Position numbers and translations under genes: made by a program
Part shown: positions 15,614 through 28,497 of the stretch, piece by piece
Layout: each line of letters begins with the position of its first letter
How positions within the stretch are numbered: the stretch's first letter is position 1
From: Alphaproteobacteria bacterium
Lineage (GTDB): Bacteria > Pseudomonadota > Alphaproteobacteria > Micavibrionales > Micavibrionaceae
NCBI GenBank assembly: GCA_020442425.1
Contig: JAGRKB010000006.1
Coordinates: 4,020-68,019 of the forward strand
Reading direction: 5' to 3'
DNA: 64,000 nt
The notes under the pieces: generated by a model
What the model saw: only the letters and a program-made list of their open reading frames with translations
Databases searched by the model: none
Told to the model about the DNA's origin: nothing

Positions 15614-16558
15614 TTAAACGTCCAGCTTTTCAGCGGGGGGCATCTCATCAAGACGAGACAAAATATCATCAAGATACGGCATTGCATTCTGAGTGCCTTC
15701 TTTCAGGCAAGTCAAACTTCCCGCAACGCTGGCAAGACGCATAGCCTCAGGCAAGGTTTTTCCTTCATGAATAGCCGCTGCGAACGTACCGCAATACGCA
15801 TCGCCTGCTCCGGTAATATCGACAACTTCGGACTGATCAAGTGGCATAATCGGAACGGTCCACCCTTCCCCATTCTTGGTAACGGCAACAGACCCCTTCA
15901 TACCCAAAGTCACGATAACAGTCATCTGCCCTTTAATCGCCAAAGCCTGCGCCAACTTGATCGCATTATTTCCCGTCGGCAGATTAAGTTTTTCAGCAAT
16001 CTGTTGAGCCTCGATACTATTCACAATCAAATAATCCAAATGTCCCAGAGCTTTACCGGGGATCATAATAGCCGGAGCCAAATTCAAAATCGTCGTCAAT
16101 CCTTGGGCTTTGGCGCGCGTCAACAACGTCACAGTCTGATCGACTGGCAATTCCATCTGCATCAAAAGCACATTCTGCTTGATAAGAATTTCGTCAGGAA
16201 CTTGCTCATGTGTTGTCTCAACATTAGCCCCTGACATAACAATAATCTGGTTTTCACCCGACTTTTCCTTTGCAACCATAGCGCAGCCCGTCGGCAGAGT
16301 ATCGGAATATGCAACCCCGGACACCATCACCCCGTTAGATTTCAAACTCTCTCGCAAAGTCTTGCCGTAATTATCGGTCCCGACACGCCCAATCAAAGCA
16401 ACTTTCGAGCCAAAGCGGGCCGCAGCCAAAGCTTGATTCCCGCCCTTTCCTCCTGACATCAACTGATAATCAGAGGACAAAACAGTTTCCCCTGCAACCG
16501 GCAACCGATCCAGAGAAATCATAAAATCCATATTCAAGGAGCCAAAAACGATAATCAT
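15614..16558 (-). CDS. rbsK: Ribokinase-like PfkB kinase
   Basis: ORF 15614..16594, with probable start MIIVFGSLNMDF at 16558. Motifs are GGKGGNQALAAARFG and DITGAGDAYCGTFAAA. Confidence 0.75.
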   Translation of the reverse strand: MIIVFGSLNMDFMISLDRLPVAGETVLSSDYQLMSGGKGGNQALAAARFGSKVALIGRVGTDNYGKTLRESLKSNGVMVSGVAYSDTLPTGCAMVAKEKSGENQIIVMSGANVETTHEQVPDEILIKQNVLLMQMELPVDQTVTLLTRAKAQGLTTILNLAPAIMIPGKALGHLDYLIVNSIEAQQIAEKLNLPTGNNAIKLAQALAIKGQMTVIVTLGMKGSVAVTKNGEGWTVPIMPLDQSEVVDITGAGDAYCGTFAAAIHEGKTLPEAMRLASVAGSLTCLKEGTQNAMPYLDDILSRLDEMPPAEKLDV

Positions 16559-16682
16559 ACCTAAGAGTAGCATATAGCTCTTAAAAATATACAAAAATGA
16601 CGCACGTCATAATTTTTTTACAACTTATATTTGGCATCAAGAATAAAACCTCCTATAAATCGTTAATCAATCGATAAATGAG

Positions 16683-17918
16683 GTGCATGATATGGATTAC
16701 CGAAAGTTTTTCGAAAACAGAATTTCCGACCTCAAACAAGAAGGTCGATATCGCGTCTTTGCAAATTTGGAACGCTTGGTCGGAGAATTTCCTGAAGCCC
16801 TTTATCACGCCCCCGACGGATCGAGCCGCAAGGTAACAGTGTGGTGCAACAACGATTATCTGGGAATGGGCCAACACCCGAAAGTTCTGACCGCTATGCA
16901 CGACGCAATCAATCGCTCAGGAGCAGGCGCTGGCGGCACACGTAACATCTCTGGCACAACAAAATATGTTGTTGATCTTGAAGACTCCCTTGCTGATTTA
17001 CACAACAAGGAATCTGCCCTTGTCTTCCCGTCAGGATACACCGCCAATGAAGGCGCTCTCTCGACCATCATCAAATTACTACCCGAGTGTCAGGTCTTCT
17101 CTGACGAATTAAACCACGCCTCGATGATCCACGGCATCCGCGAAAGCAAAGGCAAAAAGCATATCTATCGCCACAATGACCTCGGACATCTCGAAGATTT
17201 GTTAAAATCCGCTCCTGTCAACTGCCCGAAACTGATCGCTTTTGAATCGGTCTATTCAATGGAAGGCGATATAGCCCCCATAGAACAAATCTGTGATCTC
17301 ACTGACAAGTACGGCGCCATGACTTACCTTGACGAAGTCCACGCAGTCGGCGTTTACGGCCCCAGAGGCGGCGGCGTTGCAGACGAACGCGGCCTAATGG
17401 ATCGCATCGATATTATTGAGGGAACCTTCGGCAAAGCCTACGGACTGATGGGAGGATTTTTCACGGCAAACGCCTCTATCGTTGACGCTGTGCGCTCTTA
17501 CTCAGGCAATTTCATCTTCACCACAGCCCTGCCCCCCGCCCTATGCGCTGGTGCGACAGCAAGCATCGAGCATTTAAAAACATCTCAAGTTGAACGCATG
17601 CAAATCCAAAAAAATGTAGCCCTTTTAAAATCAAAACTGGATGACGCAGGATTGAATTACATGAAAGGCGAAAGCCACATCACACCCCTCATAGTCGGAG
17701 ATTCCGTGTGCTGCAAAGCAATCACTGATTGGTTGATGGACGCTCATAACATCTACGTTCAGCCAATCAATTATCCGACCGTTCCACGCGGAACAGAACG
17801 CATGCGCTTAACAGCAACAGCCGTCCACCAGGAACATCACATTGAAAAATTAGTCAGTGTTTTAAAATCACTTTGGGATGAAAACCATGGCTTTATTCAC
17901 AACATGCGAGTAGCTTAA
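16683..17918 (+). CDS. hemA: 5-aminolevulinate synthase
   Basis: Motifs are [43 protein letters not shown] and GTFGKAYG (PLP Lys). The likely start is MDY at 16692. Confidence 0.93.
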   Translation: MHDMDYRKFFENRISDLKQEGRYRVFANLERLVGEFPEALYHAPDGSSRKVTVWCNNDYLGMGQHPKVLTAMHDAINRSGAGAGGTRNISGTTKYVVDLEDSLADLHNKESALVFPSGYTANEGALSTIIKLLPECQVFSDELNHASMIHGIRESKGKKHIYRHNDLGHLEDLLKSAPVNCPKLIAFESVYSMEGDIAPIEQICDLTDKYGAMTYLDEVHAVGVYGPRGGGVADERGLMDRIDIIEGTFGKAYGLMGGFFTANASIVDAVRSYSGNFIFTTALPPALCAGATASIEHLKTSQVERMQIQKNVALLKSKLDDAGLNYMKGESHITPLIVGDSVCCKAITDWLMDAHNIYVQPINYPTVPRGTERMRLTATAVHQEHHIEKLVSVLKSLWDENHGFIHNMRVA

Positions 17919-17925
17919 AATTCTT

Positions 17926-18546
17926 TTAAGCAGCGCGCACAGGCCTTGAAATATACTCTTTCAACCAATCAAGACGGGATAAAGTTTTATCCAGTGCTGC
18001 CATAGTTCTTGTTAAATCGGAACTGGAATCCTGTGACCAAACAGTTAGAACATAAAAATACCCAAGACCAATGGCTGCAACATTCATCGGGCCAAACAAA
18101 CCACGCGTCTCTATTCCACTTACAGAAACATATCGCGACAAAGAACAAAAATACAAATTAAGATCTCGTCTCTTGGAAGAATAAGTCCAACCATAAGACT
18201 TTAAAAACGACAAGTGCGCCGCCCGATGCTCTGTCATCGCATCAAACCGCTCCATCAGGACATCAAATAATAAATCCCTTTTGGAAGAAGACGCATCCAC
18301 TTGATAAGAGTCTAAAACACGACCATCCATATCAGAGACTATTGCTTTCACCATATCCTGTTTGGACGCAAAACAATCCTCAACATCTTGAATAGTCATC
18401 CGCGCCTTCTCTGCAATCTGCCCATAACTAACAGACTGCCACGGATAAGAAGCCGCCAGTTCCAACACGGCATCCAGAATAACTTTCCGCGTGTCAGAAC
18501 CACCAGAAACTCTTGCTTTGTCTTTTTTCTTTCCCATGCTAAACAC
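17926..18546 (-). CDS. TetR-family transcriptional regulator
   Basis: N-terminal HTH region RKVILDAVLELAASYPWQSVSYGQIAEKARMT. Divergent from the kinase gene at 18598. Confidence 0.7.
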   Translation of the reverse strand: MFSMGKKKDKARVSGGSDTRKVILDAVLELAASYPWQSVSYGQIAEKARMTIQDVEDCFASKQDMVKAIVSDMDGRVLDSYQVDASSSKRDLLFDVLMERFDAMTEHRAAHLSFLKSYGWTYSSKRRDLNLYFCSLSRYVSVSGIETRGLFGPMNVAAIGLGYFYVLTVWSQDSSSDLTRTMAALDKTLSRLDWLKEYISRPVRAA

Positions 18547-18597
18547 ATAGTCACAAAATCATTTTTTTTCAACGCTATAAAACAAACAGGCTGCAGA

Positions 18598-19581
18598 ATG
18601 AGCAAAACATACGGAGTAACAGGCATCGGTAACGCAATCGTCGATATCTTGGCGCAAACCACTGACGATTTTATCGCCTCCCAAGCACAGTATGGCATGC
18701 AAAGAGGCTCCATGGCCCTAATTGATGAACAACGCGCCAAAGACCTTTATAAATTGATGACGAACACAACAGAGATGTCCGGAGGATCCGCAGGAAACAC
18801 TTTGGCAGCCTACGCCTCGTTTGGTGGCAAAGGAGCGTTTGTCGGCAAAATTGCAAACGACCATTTCGGAGAAGTCTTTGCTCGTGACACAAAAGATATC
18901 GGTGTCTATTTCGACACGCCGCCCCTTCTGGATGGCCCCGCTTCCGCCCAATGCCTGATCCTGGTAACGCCAGACGCGCAACGCACTATGAACACATTCC
19001 TTGGAGCTTCCGTAAAACTGACGGAAGCCGACATCAACGAAGACCTGATCGCCAACTCCGAAATCACCTATCTGGAAGGCTACCTGTTTGATGACCCGCA
19101 GGCCAAAGCCGCGTTCGTCAAAGCCGCAGAATTAGTCAAAAAACATAACGGAAAATTAGCCCTAACACTTTCAGACTCTTTCTGCGTTGTCCGCCACCGC
19201 GACGACTTCAAACGCCTTGTGGACAATCATGTGGATATCCTGTTTGCAAATGAAGAAGAAATTCGGGAACTCACCCAAATTGGCGATACAGATCAAGCCC
19301 ATAAATCCATCGCAGAAAACTGCTCGATCAGCATCGTCACCTTGGGGAAAAGTGGATCGTCCATTATCTCAGGCTCCGACCACATCAAAGTTCAATCTAT
19401 TGCCCCAACACAGCTTGTTGACACAACAGGAGCCGGAGACTCTTACGCCGCAGGATTCCTCTATGGCCTAACAGAGAAAAAGCTCCTCGCAGAATGCGGG
19501 AGGCTCGGTTCTCTAGCGGCATCAGAAGTAATCTCACATATGGGCCCTCGCCCGATCACACCTCTGAAATCTCTCCTGTAA
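18598..19581 (+). CDS. Adenosine-kinase-like PfkB kinase
   Basis: ORF 18388..19581. The ATG at 18598 (MSKTYGVTGIGNAIVDIL) avoids overlap with tetR. Motifs are MSGGSAGNT and DTTGAGDSYAAGFLYG. Confidence 0.8.
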   Translation: MSKTYGVTGIGNAIVDILAQTTDDFIASQAQYGMQRGSMALIDEQRAKDLYKLMTNTTEMSGGSAGNTLAAYASFGGKGAFVGKIANDHFGEVFARDTKDIGVYFDTPPLLDGPASAQCLILVTPDAQRTMNTFLGASVKLTEADINEDLIANSEITYLEGYLFDDPQAKAAFVKAAELVKKHNGKLALTLSDSFCVVRHRDDFKRLVDNHVDILFANEEEIRELTQIGDTDQAHKSIAENCSISIVTLGKSGSSIISGSDHIKVQSIAPTQLVDTTGAGDSYAAGFLYGLTEKKLLAECGRLGSLAASEVISHMGPRPITPLKSLL

Positions 19582-19594
19582 AAGAAAGGGTGAC

Positions 19595-20122
19595 CTATTC
19601 ATCAAGAATAGGCACACCGGCTTTGAACTTGGAGGTTTTTACAGATAAAGAAGACTTTACAGAAGATACATTTGGGCTTTCCAAAAGATAATTGGTCAGA
19701 AAGTCCTGATAATCATCCCAGTCACGCGCAACAATCTTCAACAAAAAGTCATTATCGCCTGTCATAACGTAAGCTTCACGCACCATAGGCCATTTTTCCA
19801 ATTGGCCTTCAAAACGGCGCAATTCGCCTTCACCGACAGAATTCAGCTTAATTGACGTAAAGACAGTAACCGGATAGCCCAAAGCAGCATGGTTCACTTG
19901 TGCATGATAAGACAAAATCAGACCGGATTCTTCAAGATTACGGACACGACGCAAACACGGCGGAGCCGAAATTCCGGCACGCTTAGCCAAATCGACATTG
20001 GTCATACGACCGTCAACTTGCAAATCACTTAAAATACGTTGATCAATTTTGTCTAATTTAACAACACGGGACTGACGAGTGGTCGGACGATTTAACACAG
20101 GCATTTCCTCTAAATTTTTCAT
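19595..20122 (-). CDS. Lrp/AsnC-family transcriptional regulator
   Basis: Contains DKIDQRILSDLQVDGRMTNVDLAKRAGISAPPCLRRVRNLEESGLI. The start is chosen at MKNLEE; the ORF extends to 20185. Confidence 0.85.
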   Translation of the reverse strand: MKNLEEMPVLNRPTTRQSRVVKLDKIDQRILSDLQVDGRMTNVDLAKRAGISAPPCLRRVRNLEESGLILSYHAQVNHAALGYPVTVFTSIKLNSVGEGELRRFEGQLEKWPMVREAYVMTGDNDFLLKIVARDWDDYQDFLTNYLLESPNVSSVKSSLSVKTSKFKAGVPILDE

Positions 20123-20202
20123 TTTTTCTACTTTCCTTATCCTAGGCGCGTGTTTATATACTTTATTTTCAAAAAAATGAAACATTTTTACAACGTCTCA
20201 AA

Positions 20203-21198
20203 TTGCCACAGCCCCAAATGGATAGTATCAAAAACATACCTATGGTAGAGAAACCTTCAAGAAAACCCACTCTTTGGATCGTCACAGAAGGGCTGGCGGG
20301 AACGGAAAATCAATGCCTAGGCATTGCCCAATTCCTTGATGCAAAAGCGAAATTATTGAGAATCACTCTTAAACAACCATGGGCTGCACTCTCCCCATGG
20401 CTTGGGTTAGAGTGCACTGCGACATTTAGCCCAAAAATTTTTCCGCCCTGGCCCGATATTCTCCTCGCATCGGGCCGAAAAAGCATCGCAGTAAGCCGAT
20501 ATGTCAAAAAAATGAGCGGGGGAAAAACATTTACGGTTCAAATTCAAGACCCAAGAACGAATCCAAATCAGTTCGATTTGGTGGCCCTCCCCAGCCATGA
20601 CCCGACACGAGGAGAAAACGTACTGGTTACAAAAGCAACCCCTAATAAAGTCAGCGCGACTATTTTAGAAACCGCAAAAACACAATTCGCGCCGCTATTT
20701 GGAAACCTCCCCGCCCCACGCATCGCAATCCTCATTGGAGGAAGCACAAAAAATCACACAATTTCGGAACAAGACGTAACGAAACTAATCAACCAACTGC
20801 AATCCATCTCCAAACAGGGCAACTTGATGATAACAACATCACGCCGCACAGGAGAAGAAAACACACAACGGATCAAAAACGCCCTATCAGGAGAGAACAT
20901 ATATTTCTGGGATGGTCTATCAGAAAACCCTTATATGGGGATGCTCGCTTGGGCAGATTACATCGTCGCCACAAACGACAGCACATCCATGCTATCTGAA
21001 GCAGCAACAACCGGAAAACCAGTATACAACCTTTCTCTTGTACCCCTTTCCGGACGGCAAAACAAACTTCTCGACAATCTGAAATCCTTCGGAGCCGTCA
21101 GGGACTGGAGCAGAAATCTGGAAAGCTGGAGCTATGACAGACTAAACGATGCAGAATTGGTCGCCCAAACCATCAAAGAAAAAAGTGGTCTTTTTTAA
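20203..21198 (+). CDS. ELM1/DUF1022 (mitochondrial-fission ELM1-like) family protein
   Basis: The N-terminal pattern LWIVTEGLAGTENQCLGIAQFL and the ~330-aa length match my recollection of the alphaproteobacterial DUF1022 family. Confidence 0.6.
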   Translation: MPQPQMDSIKNIPMVEKPSRKPTLWIVTEGLAGTENQCLGIAQFLDAKAKLLRITLKQPWAALSPWLGLECTATFSPKIFPPWPDILLASGRKSIAVSRYVKKMSGGKTFTVQIQDPRTNPNQFDLVALPSHDPTRGENVLVTKATPNKVSATILETAKTQFAPLFGNLPAPRIAILIGGSTKNHTISEQDVTKLINQLQSISKQGNLMITTSRRTGEENTQRIKNALSGENIYFWDGLSENPYMGMLAWADYIVATNDSTSMLSEAATTGKPVYNLSLVPLSGRQNKLLDNLKSFGAVRDWSRNLESWSYDRLNDAELVAQTIKEKSGLF

Positions 21199-21244
21199 TT
21201 TTGGACTTTACCAATCCACAAACAGCCATTAAATCAATACTATC

Positions 21245-22231
21245 ATGACAAAAGAACATATCTCGACGAAAGTCCTCATTATCGGGTCCGGCCCGGCTGG
21301 TTATACAGCCGCCATTTACGCAGCACGTGCCAATCTGGAGCCGGTTTTGGTGACAGGCATGGAGCAAGGCGGACAACTCACCATCACAACCGATGTTGAA
21401 AACTACCCCGGCTTTGCCGAAGCCGTACAAGGCCCATGGCTCATGGAACAAATGTACGAACAAGCCAAACATGTCGGAACAAAAATGATCACCGATATGA
21501 TCAGCGAAGTAAACTTCGAAAGCCGCCCCTTCACAGCCAAAGGTCAATCAGGAAAAACCTACGAAGCTGAAACGGTAATTATCTGTACCGGAGCAAAAGC
21601 CCGTTGGCTTGGCATCGATACCGAACAAAAATTCCGTGGCTTTGGCGTATCAGCTTGCGCGACTTGCGATGGATTTTTCTATCGCGGCAAAGAAGTAGCT
21701 GTTATCGGAGGAGGAAACTCAGCCGTAGAAGAAGCTCTCTTCCTCGCCCAATTCGCAAGCAAAGTAACACTCATTCACCGCCGCGACTCTCTTCGTGCCG
21801 AGAAAATCGCGCAAGATCGTCTTTTCGAAAATCCGAAAATAAACGTAATCTGGAACGCAACAGTTGAAGAGTATCTAGGCAACCCTCCGGGATCATCCGA
21901 AGGTGAAATCGGTGTAACCGGACTAAAACTTAAAGACACTCAAAACGGAAACATCTCCGACTTCAAAGTAGACGGTGTCTTCGTAGCCATCGGTCACGAC
22001 CCAGCAACCGAACTCTTCAAAGGCAAAATCGATATGGACAAGGAAGGATATATCCTGACCGCGTCAGACTCGACAGCCACCTCTATTGAAGGCGTCTTTG
22101 CAGCAGGCGATGTCAAAGATAAAATCTACCGTCAGGCTGTGACCGCTGCAGGCATGGGCTGCATGGCTGCGCTCGAAGCCGATCGATATCTGGCATCCCG
22201 CAATCATGCCGTCAAAGACGCAGCGGAATAA
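21245..22231 (+). CDS. trxB: Thioredoxin-disulfide reductase
   Basis: Motifs are [18 protein letters not shown], redox [12 protein letters not shown] and [13 protein letters not shown]. Confidence 0.95.
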   Translation: MTKEHISTKVLIIGSGPAGYTAAIYAARANLEPVLVTGMEQGGQLTITTDVENYPGFAEAVQGPWLMEQMYEQAKHVGTKMITDMISEVNFESRPFTAKGQSGKTYEAETVIICTGAKARWLGIDTEQKFRGFGVSACATCDGFFYRGKEVAVIGGGNSAVEEALFLAQFASKVTLIHRRDSLRAEKIAQDRLFENPKINVIWNATVEEYLGNPPGSSEGEIGVTGLKLKDTQNGNISDFKVDGVFVAIGHDPATELFKGKIDMDKEGYILTASDSTATSIEGVFAAGDVKDKIYRQAVTAAGMGCMAALEADRYLASRNHAVKDAAE

Positions 22232-22267
22232 AAAACCAAATCCGCACTTATCCGCAGGGAGGACGCA

Positions 22268-23170
22268 ATGGATTGGGATAAACTCAGAATTTTTCACATG
22301 GTTGCCAAAGCAGGAAGCTTCACTCATGCAGGCGCAACTCTGAACCTGTCACAATCTGCGGTCTCAAGACACATCTCTTCTTTCGAAGAAGATTTAGGTA
22401 TCACACTCTTTCACCGCCATGCCAGAGGCCTTATTCTTACAGAACAAGGCGAGTTACTTTTTAATACAACGTCAGAGATTTTTGCCAAAATGGTAATGAT
22501 TGAAGGACAACTGAGCGACGCCAGAGACTCCGCAGATGGCCCTCTCACATTAACCATGGCTGAATTTTTGGCTTCTTCTTGGCTTTCAGAATTACTGCCC
22601 ACCTTCACAAAATCAAATCCTGAAATAGAACTGAGCCTTTTATTGGATGACCGAATATTCAATTTGGGAATGCGCGAAGCTGATGCGGCCATCCGTCTGC
22701 ACAAGCCCGAACAATCTGATCTCATTCAACGGTCATTGGGAAAAATGTCCCTCTCGATCTGCGCAAGCAAATCCTACCTAAAAACAAACGGCACTCCAAA
22801 ATCTTTGAAAGAACTCAAAGATCACAGCCTGATTGCCTACCCGGATCAAACGCTGGTTCCGTTCAAAAACCCGAATTGGCTCTTGGAAAAAGCAGGCATT
22901 GATACCGATAAACACGAAAAACTAATCAAAATTAATTCCATTTCAACCATCTACGGCGCCGTCAAAGGCGGCAGCGGTATAGCAACCCTGCCAACATTTA
23001 TGGCCAAGAAATGCCAAGATATCGAGATAATTCTTCCTGATGTTAAAACAGAATCAATAGAAATGTACTTCGTTTATCCGGAAGAGCGGCGTCACTCCAA
23101 GAGAATATCCGTGTTCCGCGACTTCATCATCAGTCAACTGGAAAAATCCCCTCTTGATATAACCCATTGA
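22268..23170 (+). CDS. LysR-family transcriptional regulator
   Basis: N-terminal HTH LRIFHMVAKAGSFTHAGATLNLSQSAVSRHISSFEEDLG. Confidence 0.85.
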   Translation: MDWDKLRIFHMVAKAGSFTHAGATLNLSQSAVSRHISSFEEDLGITLFHRHARGLILTEQGELLFNTTSEIFAKMVMIEGQLSDARDSADGPLTLTMAEFLASSWLSELLPTFTKSNPEIELSLLLDDRIFNLGMREADAAIRLHKPEQSDLIQRSLGKMSLSICASKSYLKTNGTPKSLKELKDHSLIAYPDQTLVPFKNPNWLLEKAGIDTDKHEKLIKINSISTIYGAVKGGSGIATLPTFMAKKCQDIEIILPDVKTESIEMYFVYPEERRHSKRISVFRDFIISQLEKSPLDITH

Positions 23171-23230
23171 TTTGTAAGAAAAAATGCAAAAATAAACAAC
23201 TTCAGATTTAGATATGCATTTTTAGCAGCC

Positions 23231-23259
23231 CAGACATTCTAACATAGCGTTGGTATAAT
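23231..23259 (+). promoter_or_regulatory. Candidate sigma70-like promoter
   Basis: cAGACA (23231-23236), 17-nt spacer, TATAAT (23254-23259). Confidence 0.4.
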
Positions 23260-23265
23260 TTCGCA

Positions 23266-23367
23266 AAGCATCATATAAGAGCGCCCAGAACCACTTTGGT
23301 TCTTTACGTCTCTCTAGACGTAAAACCTCCCTGTTCAACTCGCCGGGCATGAGCCCGGTTTTTTTTT
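23266..23367 (+). ncRNA. Candidate small RNA or 5' leader: three hairpins ending in an intrinsic terminator, with CU-rich single-stranded stretch
   Basis: Hairpin 1 is agaacca-ctt-tggttct (23287-23303). Hairpin 2 is ttacgtct-ctct-agacgtaa (23304-23323). An unpaired aaccucccug stretch spans 23324-23333. The terminator ccgggc-atga-gcccgg plus U9 spans 23343-23367. It lies 62 nt upstream of the patatin ATG. Confidence 0.35.
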
Positions 23368-23429
23368 GCCCAAAATTTGGCTAGGATGGTCTGACCAACG
23401 AATCAAACCTCAAAAGTCATCCCACACCC

Positions 23430-24695
23430 ATGCCAAGCTCTAGTCCTCAAAAAAAGAAACCGGTCATTGCCCTATTCAACTACGGCGGAGGCATGCGCGG
23501 ACTTCTCCCCGCCCATTTCATGCAAAAAATTGAGGAGACAACAGGCCTACATATGTCCGATATGGTGGACGTATTTATGGGTCCTTCCACAGGATCAATT
23601 CTAAACGCCGCGCTGAATATCCCGAACCCTCACGATCCGACAAAACCAAAATTTAAAGCACGCCACATGGTTAGATTTTATGAGCGCGAAGGAATTCATA
23701 TTTTCCCGAGAGACTCCTTTCGATCATTTCGGAGCATGATCCATGATTTTAACAATCGTACAATGCGCATCGAGCAGCTCGGAAATCTTTTGAAACACGG
23801 ACATTACGAGCACGCAAGCTTGGGACGTTCTCTACGCGCACTCTATGGACGTCACAAATTATCAGACTCGCTTAAAAGCCTCATAATCCCTGTCTACAAC
23901 ATCGAAGGGGAAGCGCTCCGCCCGACACAAGAACAAGGGGAAACACCCAACTCCCCAGTCCATAGTGTAAACACATTCCTCAATGAAGGAGGACACGCTC
24001 TCTGGCTCAAAAACATGAAATTTGAAGGGGCTCAACACACTCTCCCCCCTCAACAAGTCGACATTTTTGACGCAGTCATGGCCAGCACAGCAGCCCCGAC
24101 ATATTTTCCCTGCTATTCCTTTGATATGCACGACGCAGAAAACAGTAAAAAACAATCCATAGCGGGTATAGACGGCAGCATCTTTGACAATCCCTGCATC
24201 AGCTATATGGGGGCACTCCGCCGTCACATTCCGGCAGACCGTGACCTCATCATCATTGTACTAGGCACAGGATATTTTAATCGCTCTTACAAGAAAGAAG
24301 ATTGGAACCGATTCGGCTCACTAGGCGTTGTAGACCCCAGCAATGACATGCCGCTGATTAACATCTTCTTCTATGCTTCAGAAACAGCCCTTCTTGATTC
24401 GTTCCGTCACGAAGTAGGAGATAATCTCTATGTCTTCAACAAATCTCTGGTATCCGGCCCCTACATGCGAGACTACCCCAACACAGATATAGACGATGCT
24501 TCTCCGGAAAACCTTAGAAGACTAAAGAATTTCTTTGAAATAACATTGGAAGAGAACAGAAAATCCTTCAATGAAATCTGCGAAATCCTTGTAAAAAATT
24601 ATGATGAATCTCGAAAAAGCGTGAAGTCTAGCGAAAAAGAGAGTAAAACAACAAGCATAGGCGACAAAATAAAAAGCAAATTATTGGGCAAATAA
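23430..24695 (+). CDS. Patatin-like phospholipase
   Basis: Oxyanion GGGMRG, nucleophile elbow GPSTGS (GxSxG) and catalytic Asp in IDGSIFDNP. The C-terminal tail is Lys/Ser-rich. Confidence 0.85.
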   Translation: MPSSSPQKKKPVIALFNYGGGMRGLLPAHFMQKIEETTGLHMSDMVDVFMGPSTGSILNAALNIPNPHDPTKPKFKARHMVRFYEREGIHIFPRDSFRSFRSMIHDFNNRTMRIEQLGNLLKHGHYEHASLGRSLRALYGRHKLSDSLKSLIIPVYNIEGEALRPTQEQGETPNSPVHSVNTFLNEGGHALWLKNMKFEGAQHTLPPQQVDIFDAVMASTAAPTYFPCYSFDMHDAENSKKQSIAGIDGSIFDNPCISYMGALRRHIPADRDLIIIVLGTGYFNRSYKKEDWNRFGSLGVVDPSNDMPLINIFFYASETALLDSFRHEVGDNLYVFNKSLVSGPYMRDYPNTDIDDASPENLRRLKNFFEITLEENRKSFNEICEILVKNYDESRKSVKSSEKESKTTSIGDKIKSKLLGK

Positions 24696-24764
24696 GCAGC
24701 CAAGAAAGCGCTGCAGCACAACCCGAATTTGACTAAAGAAGATGAAAGGCGTAGCCTTTACAAC

Positions 24765-27358
<2,594 letters not shown>

Positions 27359-27422
27359 TCATCAAGTGAGGTCGCTTGAATTTAGAAAAAAAACGCCAAA
27401 ATCGCAAGATATAAACGAATAT

Positions 27423-28484
27423 CTAAAAGGCATCCGCCCTTATAAAAGGCTTAATCTCCCCGAGATCAATTGATAGATCTGGATTAAAATCCACCTCCAA
27501 CTGATCAAACCAGCGCTTCATAGGCCGAAGAGACGGATGCGCTAAATCCCGAAGAATATGACGGGATAAAATAGGCATCAAATCCATCAACCGTGTAATA
27601 TCACTACATACAGCAAGCTTAATAGCTTGTCCTATCACCCGAAAATGAAACTGCGCCGACAAAACAGGATACCACGCCAAAAACGACTCCCGCTCTTGAT
27701 CGTTCAAAGTCGATACAAACATCTCTAAACAAGATTGTTTGATTTCTTCTGGAACCATACGCCTGGCATCTTCCAACAAATTCACAAGATCGTAAGGCGC
27801 AGGTCCGCGCATTCCCCCTTGAAAATCAATCATGCCAACCTGACGAAACCCGATACGGTCGGGCAAATATAACAAATTTCCCGGATGAAAATCCCCATGC
27901 TGAAACCGCTGAACTACAGGAGGCAGCTCTCGCTCAATCTGATTCCATACTCCCAAATATTCAGCCACCAAATCATCTGGGTTTTTACGTTTCAAAACTG
28001 AAGGTATATACCAATCTACAACACGTTGCCGCCCCTTGTGAATATGAGAATCCTCATAACGAATAATATCAAAAGGAATATAAGCAGCGTTCTTGTAAAG
28101 ATGCATCAAACATTGTGTCGCAAGACGATACGCATCAGCCTGCCGCACCCCATTCATCTCAGAGATTAATTTGATAAAATCATAATCCCCAAAATCTTCA
28201 ATCAGCATCAAACCTTGAGCCAAATCTTTGGCATATATTTCAGGAACAGAGGCTTCAAGTTTCCCTAAAAAACGTCCGATCTCGACAAAATCTATCAGCT
28301 TATGCCCAGCCACCGCTTTTGCGTCATTATCAGGAACAGAATGAACCAGAATAGCACTGCGTGATCCTTTGCGTATCCGAAAATACTGACGTTGCGACCA
28401 ATCCTCGCCAATAGGCTCAGCCGTCGCCCCACTCCATCCGGATTGCTTCAAAAATTCAGCCCGCTCATAAACCGACAAAGGCAC
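27423..28484 (-). CDS. Aminoglycoside-phosphotransferase-fold kinase (possibly AmgK-like sugar kinase)
   Basis: Catalytic loop HGDFHPGNLL and IDFQGG (DFG-like) are present. A specific substrate cannot be assigned. Confidence 0.65.
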   Translation of the reverse strand: MPLSVYERAEFLKQSGWSGATAEPIGEDWSQRQYFRIRKGSRSAILVHSVPDNDAKAVAGHKLIDFVEIGRFLGKLEASVPEIYAKDLAQGLMLIEDFGDYDFIKLISEMNGVRQADAYRLATQCLMHLYKNAAYIPFDIIRYEDSHIHKGRQRVVDWYIPSVLKRKNPDDLVAEYLGVWNQIERELPPVVQRFQHGDFHPGNLLYLPDRIGFRQVGMIDFQGGMRGPAPYDLVNLLEDARRMVPEEIKQSCLEMFVSTLNDQERESFLAWYPVLSAQFHFRVIGQAIKLAVCSDITRLMDLMPILSRHILRDLAHPSLRPMKRWFDQLEVDFNPDLSIDLGEIKPFIRADAF

Positions 28485-28497
28485 GGCTCGATCCTAT

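Noticed and set aside
16598-16609. The palindrome tgacg-ca-cgtca in the rbsK/hemA divergent region as a regulator operator (FNR/CRP-like).
   Set aside because: The arms are only 5 bp and do not match the FNR (TTGAT-N4-ATCAA) or CRP consensus. This is too weak to call without comparative data.
18388-18597. A 70-aa N-terminal extension of the adenosine-kinase-like ORF.
   Set aside because: The extension overlaps the tetR coding region on the other strand and has junk-like composition. The canonical kinase N-terminus starts at ATG 18598. Similar trimming was applied to pntAA (55262 to 55322), rpmJ (54162 to 54060) and flp (52441 to 52414).
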